A DNA stretch of 64,000 nt, taken from positions 186,001 through 250,000 of the forward strand of contig DF237007.1 of the NCBI GenBank assembly GCA_000708835.1. Reading direction: 5' to 3'. The translations under genes were made by a program, and so were the position numbers. The notes under the pieces are model-generated. The model had not been told where the DNA came from. It made no database searches and was given only the letters and a program-made list of their open reading frames with translations. This document shows positions 39,255-50,556 of the stretch, piece by piece; position 1 is the first letter of the stretch, and every line of letters starts with the position of its first letter. Source of the DNA: Klebsormidium nitens (lineage: Eukaryota; Plantae; Klebsormidiophyceae).

Positions 39255-39805
39255 TTACCTCCCTTTATTCCGCGGAATATAAGGAGGGAACAGTATTACA
39301 TATATTACACGGTTTACGGTTGTTTCGTCTTCCTCCCTTTTCTCTCAGGGGTATACTACCCCGATTTCGGCCTTCCTCTTCCTCCCTTTACTCCGCGGAA
39401 TATAAGGAGGGAACCGAAACGGAGGAGTCCCGGTTTTGTGACTTAGATTTTTTTTGCAAGTTTCTCTCAGGGGTATACTACCCCGATTTCGGCCTTCCTC
39501 TTCCTCCATTTACTCCGCGGAATATAAGGAGGGAACCGAAACCGCGGAAACCCGGTTTTGTGACTTAGAAATTTTTTGCAAGTTTCTTCCAGGGGCATAC
39601 GACCCCGATTTCGGCCTTCCTCTTCCTCCCTTCTCTCGCCGAAATTTCGGAGGGAACCGAAACCGCGGAAACCCGGTTTTGTGACTTAGAAATTTTTTGC
39701 AAGTTTCCTCCAGGGGCATACTACCCGGGTTTCGGCCCTTCCTCTTTCTCCCTTCTCTCGCTGAAATTTCGGAGGGAACCAAAACCGCGGAAACCCGGTT
39801 TTGCA
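39255..39805. repeat. Tandem array of four ~121-bp units plus a partial unit
   Basis: Units start at ~39341, 39463, 39585 and 39706 and share GGGG(T/C)ATAC..CCCGATTTCGGCCTTCCTCTT...GGAGGGAACC(G/A)AAAC...CCCGGTTTTG. A partial copy lies at 39255-39292. Confidence 0.93.
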
Positions 39806-40118
39806 ACGTGGGCTTCTTCAACTTGGAGCAGACACTGCTAGCAGGATTTGGGCACTTCCTCCTCCTCGCTTCTTTCGCTCGATATCAGGAGGAAAGGCAA
39901 CGGAGGGGCTAGGATGGTTGATTCAGCATTTTCTGGCACATCAAAGATGGTTCACCTCTTCCGAGGGTGAACGGGAGAAATGCTGGCTGTCGAATACCAG
40001 GTCGTACAGTGACGAAGTCCAGCAAGGGGGGGGGGGGCGCGCGGGGTCCCCAGGACGTACATGACATTGCTTCATAGCTGCTGGAGCAGCGGCCCAGGTT
40101 TAGAACCAGAGTCACAGT

Positions 40119-43100
40119 ATGAATCCGAGCAAGAAGCAGCGATCCGCTGATAAAGCGATAGCGCAGGACTCAGTCTCCATTGATTCCCTTGCAGCACCAC
40201 TGACTCTGCTGGGCTTCGCCCTTTTATTGGACAGCATGAAGCTGTACCCGGCGTCCTTTCCGGAACGGCCCCACGTCATCGCATCAGTTATAAATAGGGC
40301 ACTCCCTCCCTCCGAGCAAGTGGGCCATGTGGCAGTGTTCAATATAATCCAGAAGCTCAAGACGCTAGAAGGACCGTCTGCCCTAGACGCTGCTGCGTGC
40401 TTAAAGCGTCCGTGTATACAACAACTCGCAGCAGAGGCAGACAGCCTGCACGTCGCAATTCCCCGCACAAATGTCTGTCTGAGATGCAACACACAGCTGC
40501 GCTGGGCTGACAGCCCACAGAGGCCATTCATCTTTCCTGAGTCCGGGAAACCAGCGCGTGGAATCGTGCATGACAAGGTGTGCAAAGACTGTGGGATTCT
40601 GTTCTCTGTGGGCTTCTACACATTACAGGCTTCCGGTGTCCGACGACCATACCCAGCATCAGCCGACCATGAGCGGTGGATCCAAGTGTCAGGCGAAACG
40701 TCGATCAGCAAAGGGCTTATGCGAGCACACGACCAGAACCTGTGAGTTTCCACGGTCCTGCTGCAAGTCTCCTGAGGTTCCTGGGTCCCCTTTTGCAGTG
40801 CACCTCATTATGTAGCTGCAAGACTTGCCTGCACTTGAAACCAGCGCACGTGCGCTGGGCGCATATATGGATTAGAAATTCTGCCTCGTCCTTCCTCCTT
40901 GACACTTGTATTACATCTCAATGTGCTCAAGCCCACAACCCCCTTTCAACAGGTACCACAACCACGTCACGTTCGCCGGCGCAGTCAGGGCGCACAATGA
41001 CCTGTGGGGCCTCGATCGTTTCTCAGAGGCTCCTGAAGCTGCACTCGAGACAATGCGTTGGCGCCGTTCTCTGAGGGGCAGCCTGCACAGGGAGATTTTC
41101 GAAAGAACTTACCTCCAGTACTGGGCAATCAGGTTCTGTCAAGACGGTTGCCCTTCCCTGCTAGATGAAATTGATCTTCGCTGGCCCGTTGACCGCATCC
41201 TTAGTCTCCTCAATGACCCGATCTGGTGCCAGCTGAGAGACGAGGCCCTCGCACACAGCAAGCAGTGTAAGGATCCGCTCTGCGGCCAGTACGATCATCT
41301 AGACGGCAATGCAAAGGTGTTTAGGGACTGCTGTCGGCAGAAGGACGTTGAGCAGTTCACCACTGCCATTGGCAGGGTTGTCAAAGGCTGTCCTAGCACG
41401 CCGGTCAAAGGGAAGAAGCTGTGTCAAGCGCACCTAGCAGCAGTCCACCTAGCTGAGCCAAACAGCGCAGGCGCGTCCGATGCGGCGGAGGGAGAGGCTG
41501 AGAGCACCGGGGCTGAGATAAATCTGATGACCGACAGCGATGACGAGCCTGATGAGCTAGACTTAGAAGAGACGCAGCCAGAGCAGCGCCAGAAAGAAAC
41601 TGTCAGTGCTGCACGCGCAGCACCAGCAGGGCAGGCGTGGGACACAGAGACGGCGCCGGTGGCACTCCGCACGCGTGGAAAGCAGCGAGTCTTGCAGCAA
41701 GATGACATCTACGAGGTGGAGCGCATCGAGATGCACCGCATCAAGAACGGGGTGAGCTTTGCTTACTGTAACTGGTTGCATGGACAGGGCGTTTGTCTTT
41801 CCTTCCCATTCTTATCTTCACAAAAAACTGCGTGCCAGCTGAACCAGCGACGCCACCCTGGAGCTTCCTGAGCTGATCTGTGACCTATCCCAGGACTGTA
41901 GAACAATTTGCAGCACGCTGATTCACGGATGTTGTAGCCTGGCATATACTTTGACAAGCAAGCCTGTTTGAGGTATCTCTCTACCGCTGACACATGTATC
42001 TTTGCGCACAGTGTAGTTCGTCATCAACGCTGACGTGAGATTTTCTTCAGGTACCCATCTACCTCGTCAAATGGAAGGGCTACCCTTCTACGGAGAACAC
42101 TTGGGAAACCGAAGAAAACTTAACTGCGGTTACGAGAGACGTCCTCGATGAATACTTGAATTCGCAGCCCCAAGGTAAGCAACGTCCGCGAATGTTCCAA
42201 CGTAATTACGATCATCCAATAGCTGCATTTTGATCAAAACAAGGGACTGACCGACTACTCTTCAAGCTCCTGCTGCGTTGCAGTTGCTGCGTAAGCGCAA
42301 CTTACATAGCCTCCGCTCCATAAGCACATTCTTCTTCTCATCGGAAGCACGGCTCCTTGGCTTTGGAAGCCCGTCCTTCGCCTAACCCCTTTCTCGGAGA
42401 GATCCACAGACTTTCCAACTCCAACTGAAATATCCGCCAGTTCAGCACCTGAATTATGCGCAAGACCACCACAGAATCTAATCCAACTGTGCGCTTACTT
42501 CCCTTTTACCCCCCGCACCTCCCGCCTCACATAACTCGACACCGCAGGTGATTTCTACACGAGGGACCGCAAGGACCTGGAACCTGACCCCGCTCCAGTG
42601 GACGACGCCACAGGCAGCGCGCCGACAAAGTCGAAGAAGGCGGTAGCATGCACCCCCCGTACAGCGTCTGACGGGCGCGGGGTTACGGCTGGTACGGTGG
42701 TGGCTTTCTGGGTGTGCGGATACATGTTCCCTCCATTGGAGCTCATCTTGTCAGAATCGACGACAATGGTGAGCAGCTACCTCTCTAGTCATCTTTTATA
42801 TATCCACCTAGGATCTCATATGCACGGGGTTTGGGCAGGTCTTGCAATCATAAACTGTTGACCAACACGACGCGGCTTCAGATGGTCCGCGAACCACTTG
42901 AATGACTTGCCAGGGCCCAATGAAAGGAGTGTGGGGTGGGGGGTGGGGAGGGAAGGTGGCAATGCACTTTCTTGTTGATAGACAGCGAACGAAATGGTCC
43001 TCTTTTGATCCAGTCCGCAGACAGTTTGTAGCACAAGCGAAAAAGGCAGCACGCAAACAAAACCACGAGTTTATTGCGTCCATATTACTTTTGCAGGTGC

Positions 43101-44196
43101 ATCATTACTTCCTACAGCTGTTTGCGTTCGCAAAGATGCCACGCTTTGTCGGGATGGACGACATGTGCCACTGGGCACGTTTCGCAGCCAGTGGTGACCG
43201 ACCGACGCTTTGCGCAAAAACAAGGGAGTTCGTCCAGAACGTCACCAAAGTCGGTGAGTGAACCAACAGAAGTTGAACAACGACACTGATCTGTGACTTT
43301 ACGGTTGTCATTCTGCGAGTACACCTAGTTCCAATGTAGCGCGGACCCTAACACGCTGCTGGCACGCCTAGTCTCCGACCAATAACAGCCAGTGTCTGCG
43401 ACAGCCATTTCCTGCAGCTCCTGTGGGGGGTTTGTCGCCCTTCTCCAGCTTTCCAACCTCTCTGCTTTTGGTGCCCCTAGCATGGCATGCAGAACAACGG
43501 GCCATACGTTCTCACTGAACCTACCCTCAATCTGTCCCGCAGTCGACAAGTTTCACTTCAAGAAAAACCATGTCGGGAGATAGTATGCTGAAAACACAAA
43601 TCCGTACAAGCACGAGGAACCGGAGAACGCAAACATGTCGGTTTGCGAGCAGCCCTTTAAGTGGTTCGGCGGGTTTAAGAAGACGATGAGGTAAGACACT
43701 GGTCTGGACAGCTGCACCAGAAAGCATGCGAGCAGTTTGCTGGGCGCAGATTGTGTGCTATACCATCTCGAAGTATTCTTGCACGAACGCGAAGGCGACT
43801 GGGTAAGGATACATGCGTCAGCACCATGCGTGCACAAGCCATGCGTCAACATCAGCAAGTTTCGTTCATGATTGGCTGTTGCGCAATGTTGCTTAGACAG
43901 AGGCTCGCTCAGGTATTACGACATCCTGGGACTTACGCCTCAAGTGGCGCGATGTCCGAGCTCTCCCTAAAGCAAACTACTTCACGTGGTGCAGGTACAT
44001 GAATGAGCACCGTTTCAAGTTTCTTCTTCTAGTTGTGACAAAACTAGACCATATTCGCCGAGATGGACTCCTAGAAGCCAAGATCAGGGCAATTGAAGCT
44101 GCACGCGCCAGGTCCACACCGACGTCAGTCACGGCAGCCCTGCTACGACAGGTGAGACGGATCCTAGTCCATGTCCATCTCCCTGCCGAGTTCTGA
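40119..44196 (+). mobile_element. KDZ (Kyakuja-Dileera-Zisupton)-like transposase with N-terminal Cys (CxC-type) domains and an internal chromodomain; inactivated by an in-frame stop
   Basis: Exons 40119-40741, 40953-41751, 42051-42174, 42548-42768, 43097-43253, 43543-43690, 43995-~44151, phase-compatible. Motifs CLRC...CKDC, HLDGNAKVFRDCC, TAGTVVAFWVCGYMFPPLELILSESTTMV, GMDDMCHW, VDKFHFKKNH, NTNPY, NMSVCEQPFKWF, MNEHRFKFLL. Chromodomain YEVERIEMHRIKNGVPIYLVKWKGYPSTENTWETEENL. TAG at 43581-43583. Confidence 0.75.
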
Positions 44197-44358
44197 CGGG
44201 TTTACGACACCTCGCGATCCTGACGGGCCCCCAGGGATCCCCTCCCTGCATACATAGAAACATTCTATTCAGGGAAGGCGAAGGCACGCGCAGACGTTTG
44301 GCAAAGTTGTGACATCAAGAGGAAACTGGAACCACAGCTGCATCAAAAACCAGAGTCT

Positions 44359-46200
44359 CTACACAGGCTTTTGTCTGGTCGGCCTTTTGGAAACGTACCT
44401 TGCTGACTGCCCCGCCGGGCGCTTGTGGTAATACTCGGGAAGAAACTGTTGAATTGTCATGCGCAGTCGCGACAACTTGTTCGTCAGTGCCACGTACTCT
44501 GCCTCAGTATCCGGGCGATTCTTGTGGAAAACGGGATGAGAAATCTTGCACGGGGGCTTCTTCTCTTTGTCGTTCACGTATCCAAAGCAGTGCTATCCGT
44601 CGTTTTCAGCAGAGGATGCGTATGCGAACAACTCGTCGATGTCAGGCACGTTCCCAAATTTGCGCGTCTTCCCTACTTCTGTCCTCCCGATCGTTTCTTC
44701 ACGGAAGTCCAGGAACACTCGTCTCAGTTGCTTGTCCATGACGCCCTGCAACCAGGACGTTCCATCAGGATCTCAAAAGCACGGCTGCTACAACAAGAAG
44801 CTCCGACATACACAGCGAACTCCGTATGATCTCCGATAAGCCCCATACTGTCTTTCTCTACAATGATATCAAACTCACCAGATAACGCGACCCATCGTCG
44901 TCGGAAGCCTCCGAGTCTGAGTCGTCAGCGTCATCATCCTTCGTTCCTGGAAGGTCCCATTTCAGTACCTCTGAGCAGACTTTCGTTACCGCGCTGTCGT
45001 TCTCAAAATACACTCGTTGCTTCGTGGTCAGATTGACGTAGTTCCAAGCATAGCGAACGCTGTCTTCACTGACTTCGAGCACTGCGTCGGGGAAGACCAG
45101 GTTCTCCGGGTAAGTCGGGTCAGACACGAGTTCCAGGACGTGGAAAATCGCAGCAGTTTGAAGCGCCTCCCCCTTCGTCTTTGCAATGAGACCTGGGACA
45201 CGGTATCACACATTAGTGATTGCATCCAATGAAATTCAGGGCCACAAACGGAAATGCGTTTCTCCCCTCGCTCAATCTCATGCCATCTTCAGTCGACCAG
45301 TGTAAGCAGCTGTGAAACTTACCCGCCTTGTGGAGCTGGTTCTTGTCGTATAGCTTTCGCAAGACCGCCTGGATGTTGTTGAAGCCTTCTGCGTAGACTT
45401 CTTTTGCACGCCCGCAAAGAATCCATTCTCTTCTGACGACCCCTCCAAACGTGTCGTGCGTCAGCTGCCAGATTCGGAAGAACCACTGCGTCCGAGAAAA
45501 GAGATAGCCATTAACATCAGGGAACGAACGCACAGTAGTGCAGACGAGCGCACACGAGATCGACAAACGTTCAAGCTACAACGTTGCAGATCAGCGTTGA
45601 TCAACAGAATGGCGACATCTAGCATAAAAGGAGCAGACGTGTGTCATACCGTCTGGACTTTCTCGTCGTCCTCGGCCACCAGGTTGAAATCCGCGGAGAT
45701 GTCCAAGTCCTCTGCAAGATTTTGCACTGAATTAGAAAGCTTCCTCTCTGCAGGAAGCTCGGGAGCAGACTGTCGAGACATCAACACTCGTTCACAACGG
45801 GGATTCCTCCTGTCCACCTTCAACCTTCTGTACAGGTGAGTCAGTGTCGCAAATTACAACGCTCACCGAATGCAGGAAACACAGGCTCCGGAAACACTGT
45901 AGTCCACCGGTTTAGGAGACCGTCGTTTGGTGTCTTTGACACCTCCCTCATCAACGGTTCCGGCTGGGTATAACCGGTAATGGGAACGTGCGTGAAGGGG
46001 CAGGATCTTTCTTCCTGGTCGCCAACCAATTCGCGAGTCCATTGGCTGCCTCCTTTCAATTGTAATGCTCGGATCCTGTCGCTGTTGCCTTTCTTGTAGT
46101 TGTACAGCGTCTCAAAGAACTGCTGCCCCTCCTCAAAGAACAGGAAGCCGCTGTGGTCTTTTGCAGCAAACAGGAGCTGGAATAGTCGCTCAAATGTAAC
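44359..46200 (-). pseudogene. DUF3987-like (YfjI/primase-associated P-loop family) protein, apparently 5'-truncated, convergent with the transposase
   Basis: Spliced exons give VTFERLFQLL...FLFFEEGQQFFETLYNYK...ITGYTQPE...NDGLLNRWTTVFPEP (46200-45867), then WFFRIWQL...AKEVYAEGFNN, then GLIAKTKGEALQTAAIFHVL...VSEDSVRYAWNYV. The pattern resembles DUF3987 family proteins as I recall them. No Walker A exon found upstream; in-frame TAG in the last exon (~44595). Confidence 0.5.
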
Positions 46201-47741
46201 CTGCACTCAAACAGATAGTTTGTTTTGTGCAGACTGATGGCTGACAGCAGGGGTAGTGACTCAGCAAGATTATGCGATGCAGTGCCGAGGACAGCACTCA
46301 ACTAGGTGCATTCTATTCATCAGCAATCTTCGAGTAGCAGAAGAAGCAATCAGAACTTGTAGATACACCGTAAGTTCAGCCTTGATTGAACATTTCTGAG
46401 ATGAGATCAGCTCTTTCAAGCCTTGCAAAGTGAGACTGGCTGGCTAAATGCTGTCCTGTTATCGTTCCTCCCTCTTGTACACGATCTACACTACAGCGAC
46501 AAATGCAATGATCCTGCATAATAACGGCTTATCAAGCATGTCTTATCGTCGCACAATTCTGCATGCAAATGAAAAACGAGATGCAACCAGAGCAAACCCC
46601 AGGCTAACCAATTGCAGATAAAAGCCTGAGATGCTGGACGATTCAGATACCGTGCTCAAAATCCTATACCATGAACCATCATTCGAGACATTCCGAGCCC
46701 AAACCGACCAGACGAATAAAGACCAAACGTGCACACGAGTCTTGGAATAGAGGAGCAACATGCACAGGTAATCATTGTGAATGCAATATGCATCCGGTTA
46801 TAGCTAGCTGGAAAAGAAATACATCTATACAAGTCATTCGAACTTCGCCTTTATTCAATCCTCCTTATGCAAGATGGATGCACAGGCTTACCGCTCCCGG
46901 TGACAAACGAACCATATGCAGAATAAACGCACCGGTTCGAGAAACATACGTCCATTGCAAGAGCGACGAACTCGGATTCGACCAGATTACGCATACATAC
47001 GTTTCGACCATTCCAAAATCTGGTACCCTAAACCTTTTGATCATATGTACCGTACTAAGCTCGCATATAGCAAGCAAATGCAGCTTTCAAACTTGTGCAT
47101 TTCCTAGTGAACCAATTGGTTCACTAAGTTGCGGGTTTCAGTCTGCAGTGTTATACCCTGATATTCAATTGTTTTATTAGCTTTATAACGGTCCAGACGT
47201 TGCGAGCGTCAGCTAGGTACAAAACTTCGGGGCCCAAGTCATCATTGAACTAGCGCTGCAGCTGAGCCCTGCCTGCAGATGCGACACTGTACTAAGCATC
47301 TTCAGCAAGAATGCATGTACAGCCTCAAGTTCACATCAAATGCACGTTCCATCCACTCAAACAGCTAGATTTTGATAACCCCAAGTAACTCTTCGTCCTC
47401 CAAGTCTGCTCGGCGCGCTTGCTAGTGATTGTATCTTGGCTCAAACCCCTACTCACCATTGTCTCGCCTTTCAACGACGACCAGTATTTGCAGCAACTCA
47501 AGTAAACCTTTCTATAACGGCAACTCAAGTCTGCAGATGGTAAAGCAAGCGGGGCGTCCAAGTAACCCGTTCGTGAATTCGCTCAAATCTACGCGTTCGC
47601 TAACCATAAATAAAAGCAAACTCAACGTGCCGCGGCAGCTAAGCTCGCTTGGGCCCGGTTTACAAACCCTCCAGGAGCCTCCATTGTTCCATATCGCCAA
47701 AGAAATTCCAGCCAAAGAAAGTGACACTAAGATACATTTCG

Positions 47742-49421
47742 CTAGAACATCCCTGGCAAGCCCAATTCGCCCATCCACGTGGATCCGAAGGTGGCGCGCC
47801 GTCGTATCTTGCCCGTTTCCTGACAGATCTTGCGCCGCGCTTGTTCGTCGTGCCTGACACGAGCAGAATACCGCGTCAGGAGAGACTTCACATCGTTTCC
47901 TTTTGGAATCGTTTCTGGGTTCCGATATGACACGCCTTCCGTGCAGTGAGAGAAAATTCAGAATACTTAGAAAACGCCTGTTGCTGCTGGAAAAACGAGG
48001 GCTGCATGTTGAACCTCAAAATTAAGGTTTCCGTTTAAAGGCGGATCGTTGGTTACCTCTCCATGAAAACGACAAGCAAGGACGCCTTGGCACAAAAAGC
48101 GATGACTATTTGAGTGGGTTGCCCCCACAGAAAAGGAGAAAGGAAAACTTTAAATTGACCACTTTGAAAGCAGAACACCGACAACCGGTAGCAAAGCAGT
48201 GAGCAAGTTCCCTGGTACTTCGGTAACTTCAGCCTGTCCTATGAGCGCCCCCATCTTCGGTCCTGTCTTGTTTGCTCAACAAACAACTCCAGGACGATAA
48301 TCTTTACTGCGCTGCCCACCAATTGTTGCCTGACTGATGCACGGTTGAGAGCAGATACTTCAACAAACCATCGACCCAGGAGCAACGCGGAAAGAGTGAG
48401 ATTCTTGAAGAACAGACTCGAGGAAGCAGGACGACTCGTGTTTTGACACTGCTGTCAAAAGCGCATCAAACCCAGTTTCTGGCGACCCTTGTCCTGTCAA
48501 ATAAAAGACCAACAAATTAACGACCGACAGCATTCGCAAGCCAAGCCTCCTCCAAATCACGCCCCAACAAGCTCACCTGAACGTGCACGCAATTGGGTTC
48601 AAGCACCCCATCTTCCCACAAAAGAACATGCAGTCCACATTGCGCCCATCCTCCCGCGCTTTCTCGAGTACCTCGTCCCAATACTCCTGCAGTTCCTGCC
48701 ACCAGTCCGGAACCCCCCGCGTGTGGAACGGGTTGTAACAGCTGTTCCGTCCCATCTCATCAAAGCACATGCCGCAGTATCCTCCCCCCTCAGGAGGCGG
48801 AAGAACGGTGCCCCGCGCCCCCGCATTACACGCCATGGTCCAAAACACGTCGACTATATTGGTAAGGTGATGCGGCCCCCCCTCGATGAACGTGGGTTCC
48901 GTCGAGGAAAGCTCCCTTAGCTGATTGGCTAAGGCTAGAGGATCTAGACAGAGGAACTTTTCCACGCGGCCCCGCACGAGCGCCTCCGCATTGCGGCTGT
49001 CCCACCATGTAACGCCGTATTGGCCCCCCGGAACCAGCTCATCCTTCGGAACCTGCGCCGACGGGCTCGCACCCCCCCTTCGGTCTGGGCCATCTGCGTA
49101 CGCATTCACCCCCCTATTCCAGTATGGGGGCAGCGGAGAATCTGGGCTTGGGGGGCTTTGCCCATCGCTCAGCAGAGGGGATTTGAAAATCACAGGAGTG
49201 GGAGTTATGTAGAAACAGCCGGTTGCTGCAGCTTGCAGCATAGAGGAAGCGAGGGCCTGAATCTCGAGTTGGTCGCGGGCGGCCTCCTCCCAGTCTGCCG
49301 ACGGCGATGGCTTGAGGCGCTCTTCTTTTGGGGGGGGGCTGTCACTAAAGAGAATAGTAGAGGGCAGGCTGGCACTCCTGCCGAAGCGTGAGCGCAACGG
49401 GGAGGCCTTCAAAGGGGACAT
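47742..49421 (-). CDS. Unknown ~318-aa protein with C-terminal CCCH zinc finger (copy 2, inverted paralog)
   Basis: Exon 1 49421-48577 (AG|GTGAGC), exon 2 47853-47742 (GTCAG|G CAC GAC GAA...GMF*). Exon lengths are identical to copy 1 (845 + 112 nt), with no stops or frameshifts. Confidence 0.8.
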
Positions 49422-50556
49422 AGCCCTAAGGAGGGGGGGGGGGGGTTACAAGAATCTCAATCTGGAGTTGTAAATCAGGGCTTTTCTAGCTGATGCTAGC
49501 AACTATGCTCAGGACTCGGCCAATGAATTTGAAAGTGTAGGGTAAGGGCGGAGGGCCAGCGCAGCGCATGCAAGCTGTCAGTAGTCTACGTTTCCCAATC
49601 AATGACTACAAGGGTTTACCAAGGAAGTGGCTGTCTCAGAGCCCGTGAACATCTCCGGCGCCCCCAAGGTCTTGCCCCCAACAGACACCCGAATTCTTGG
49701 GGGCACACTGAGGAAACCCGAGCATGCTTTGGTTGAACCAGCAGCACAAGCTTGGTCCTCCCTCTGCAGCAAAGCCTCATCTCTTGCCAAGCAGAACAGA
49801 TTGCTAATGGACACCTGTCAACAAGAGTCCAATGCCACAAAGCCGTTCGAAGAGACGGGCCAAGCAGGGCGTCACATCTTGTAAAGAGCTGACTGGGCCG
49901 CGCAATGTGGATGCTGCTTGGCAAACCAGCTATTTGCAGTCCAGGCTCTCGTTGGACGCACAGACCTTTGCTGAAGAAAGAAACCAATACAAGCTGAACG
50001 CAGGCCCTACCAGAAAGCCGCGCAGCCCCTAAGAGTACACTGTCAGTTACACAACCACACCGCCTCAGCGCACAGCCGGCGCCATTGCTTCAAAGACAAC
50101 TTGAATTTGAAGGGGCAAAGGCAGAACAGCACAGGCCCGGTGGTAACTTGCCTAATAGTAATAGCCAACACTTAAATGTTGGGGCGGAAGTGAGCCGTCT
50201 AACCAACTATTCTCCTTCATCGACGGTCCTTAGGAAACACAACAACTTGTCGTGCTTCATCTTCACCGTCCAGCCAGTAATGCTCAGACTATCAACGATT
50301 GAGAAAGCCTCCTTCTCAAAAGCTAGAGACTTGTCTTCAGCCAATTCGCATTTGTCACTGTGTTGCACTGATGACTTCAACACAAGCAGCAAATTGGCGC
50401 CATCCTGATCCACATGTGGTGGTTTCTGATGCAGTCTTTTCATGCAATTCAGCATGTGGGACTAGGGAGGCCTGCCAGCTTTTCGCATTCCTTCTTCAAG
50501 ATGAGCAATGCAAATGTTCTGTAGGTTGCAACAAACATCAAAAGCTGGGAGCCGAC

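Noticed and set aside
39341-39805. Possible CRISPR-like array
   Set aside because: Units are full-length tandem copies with no unique spacers, in a eukaryotic context with no cas genes.
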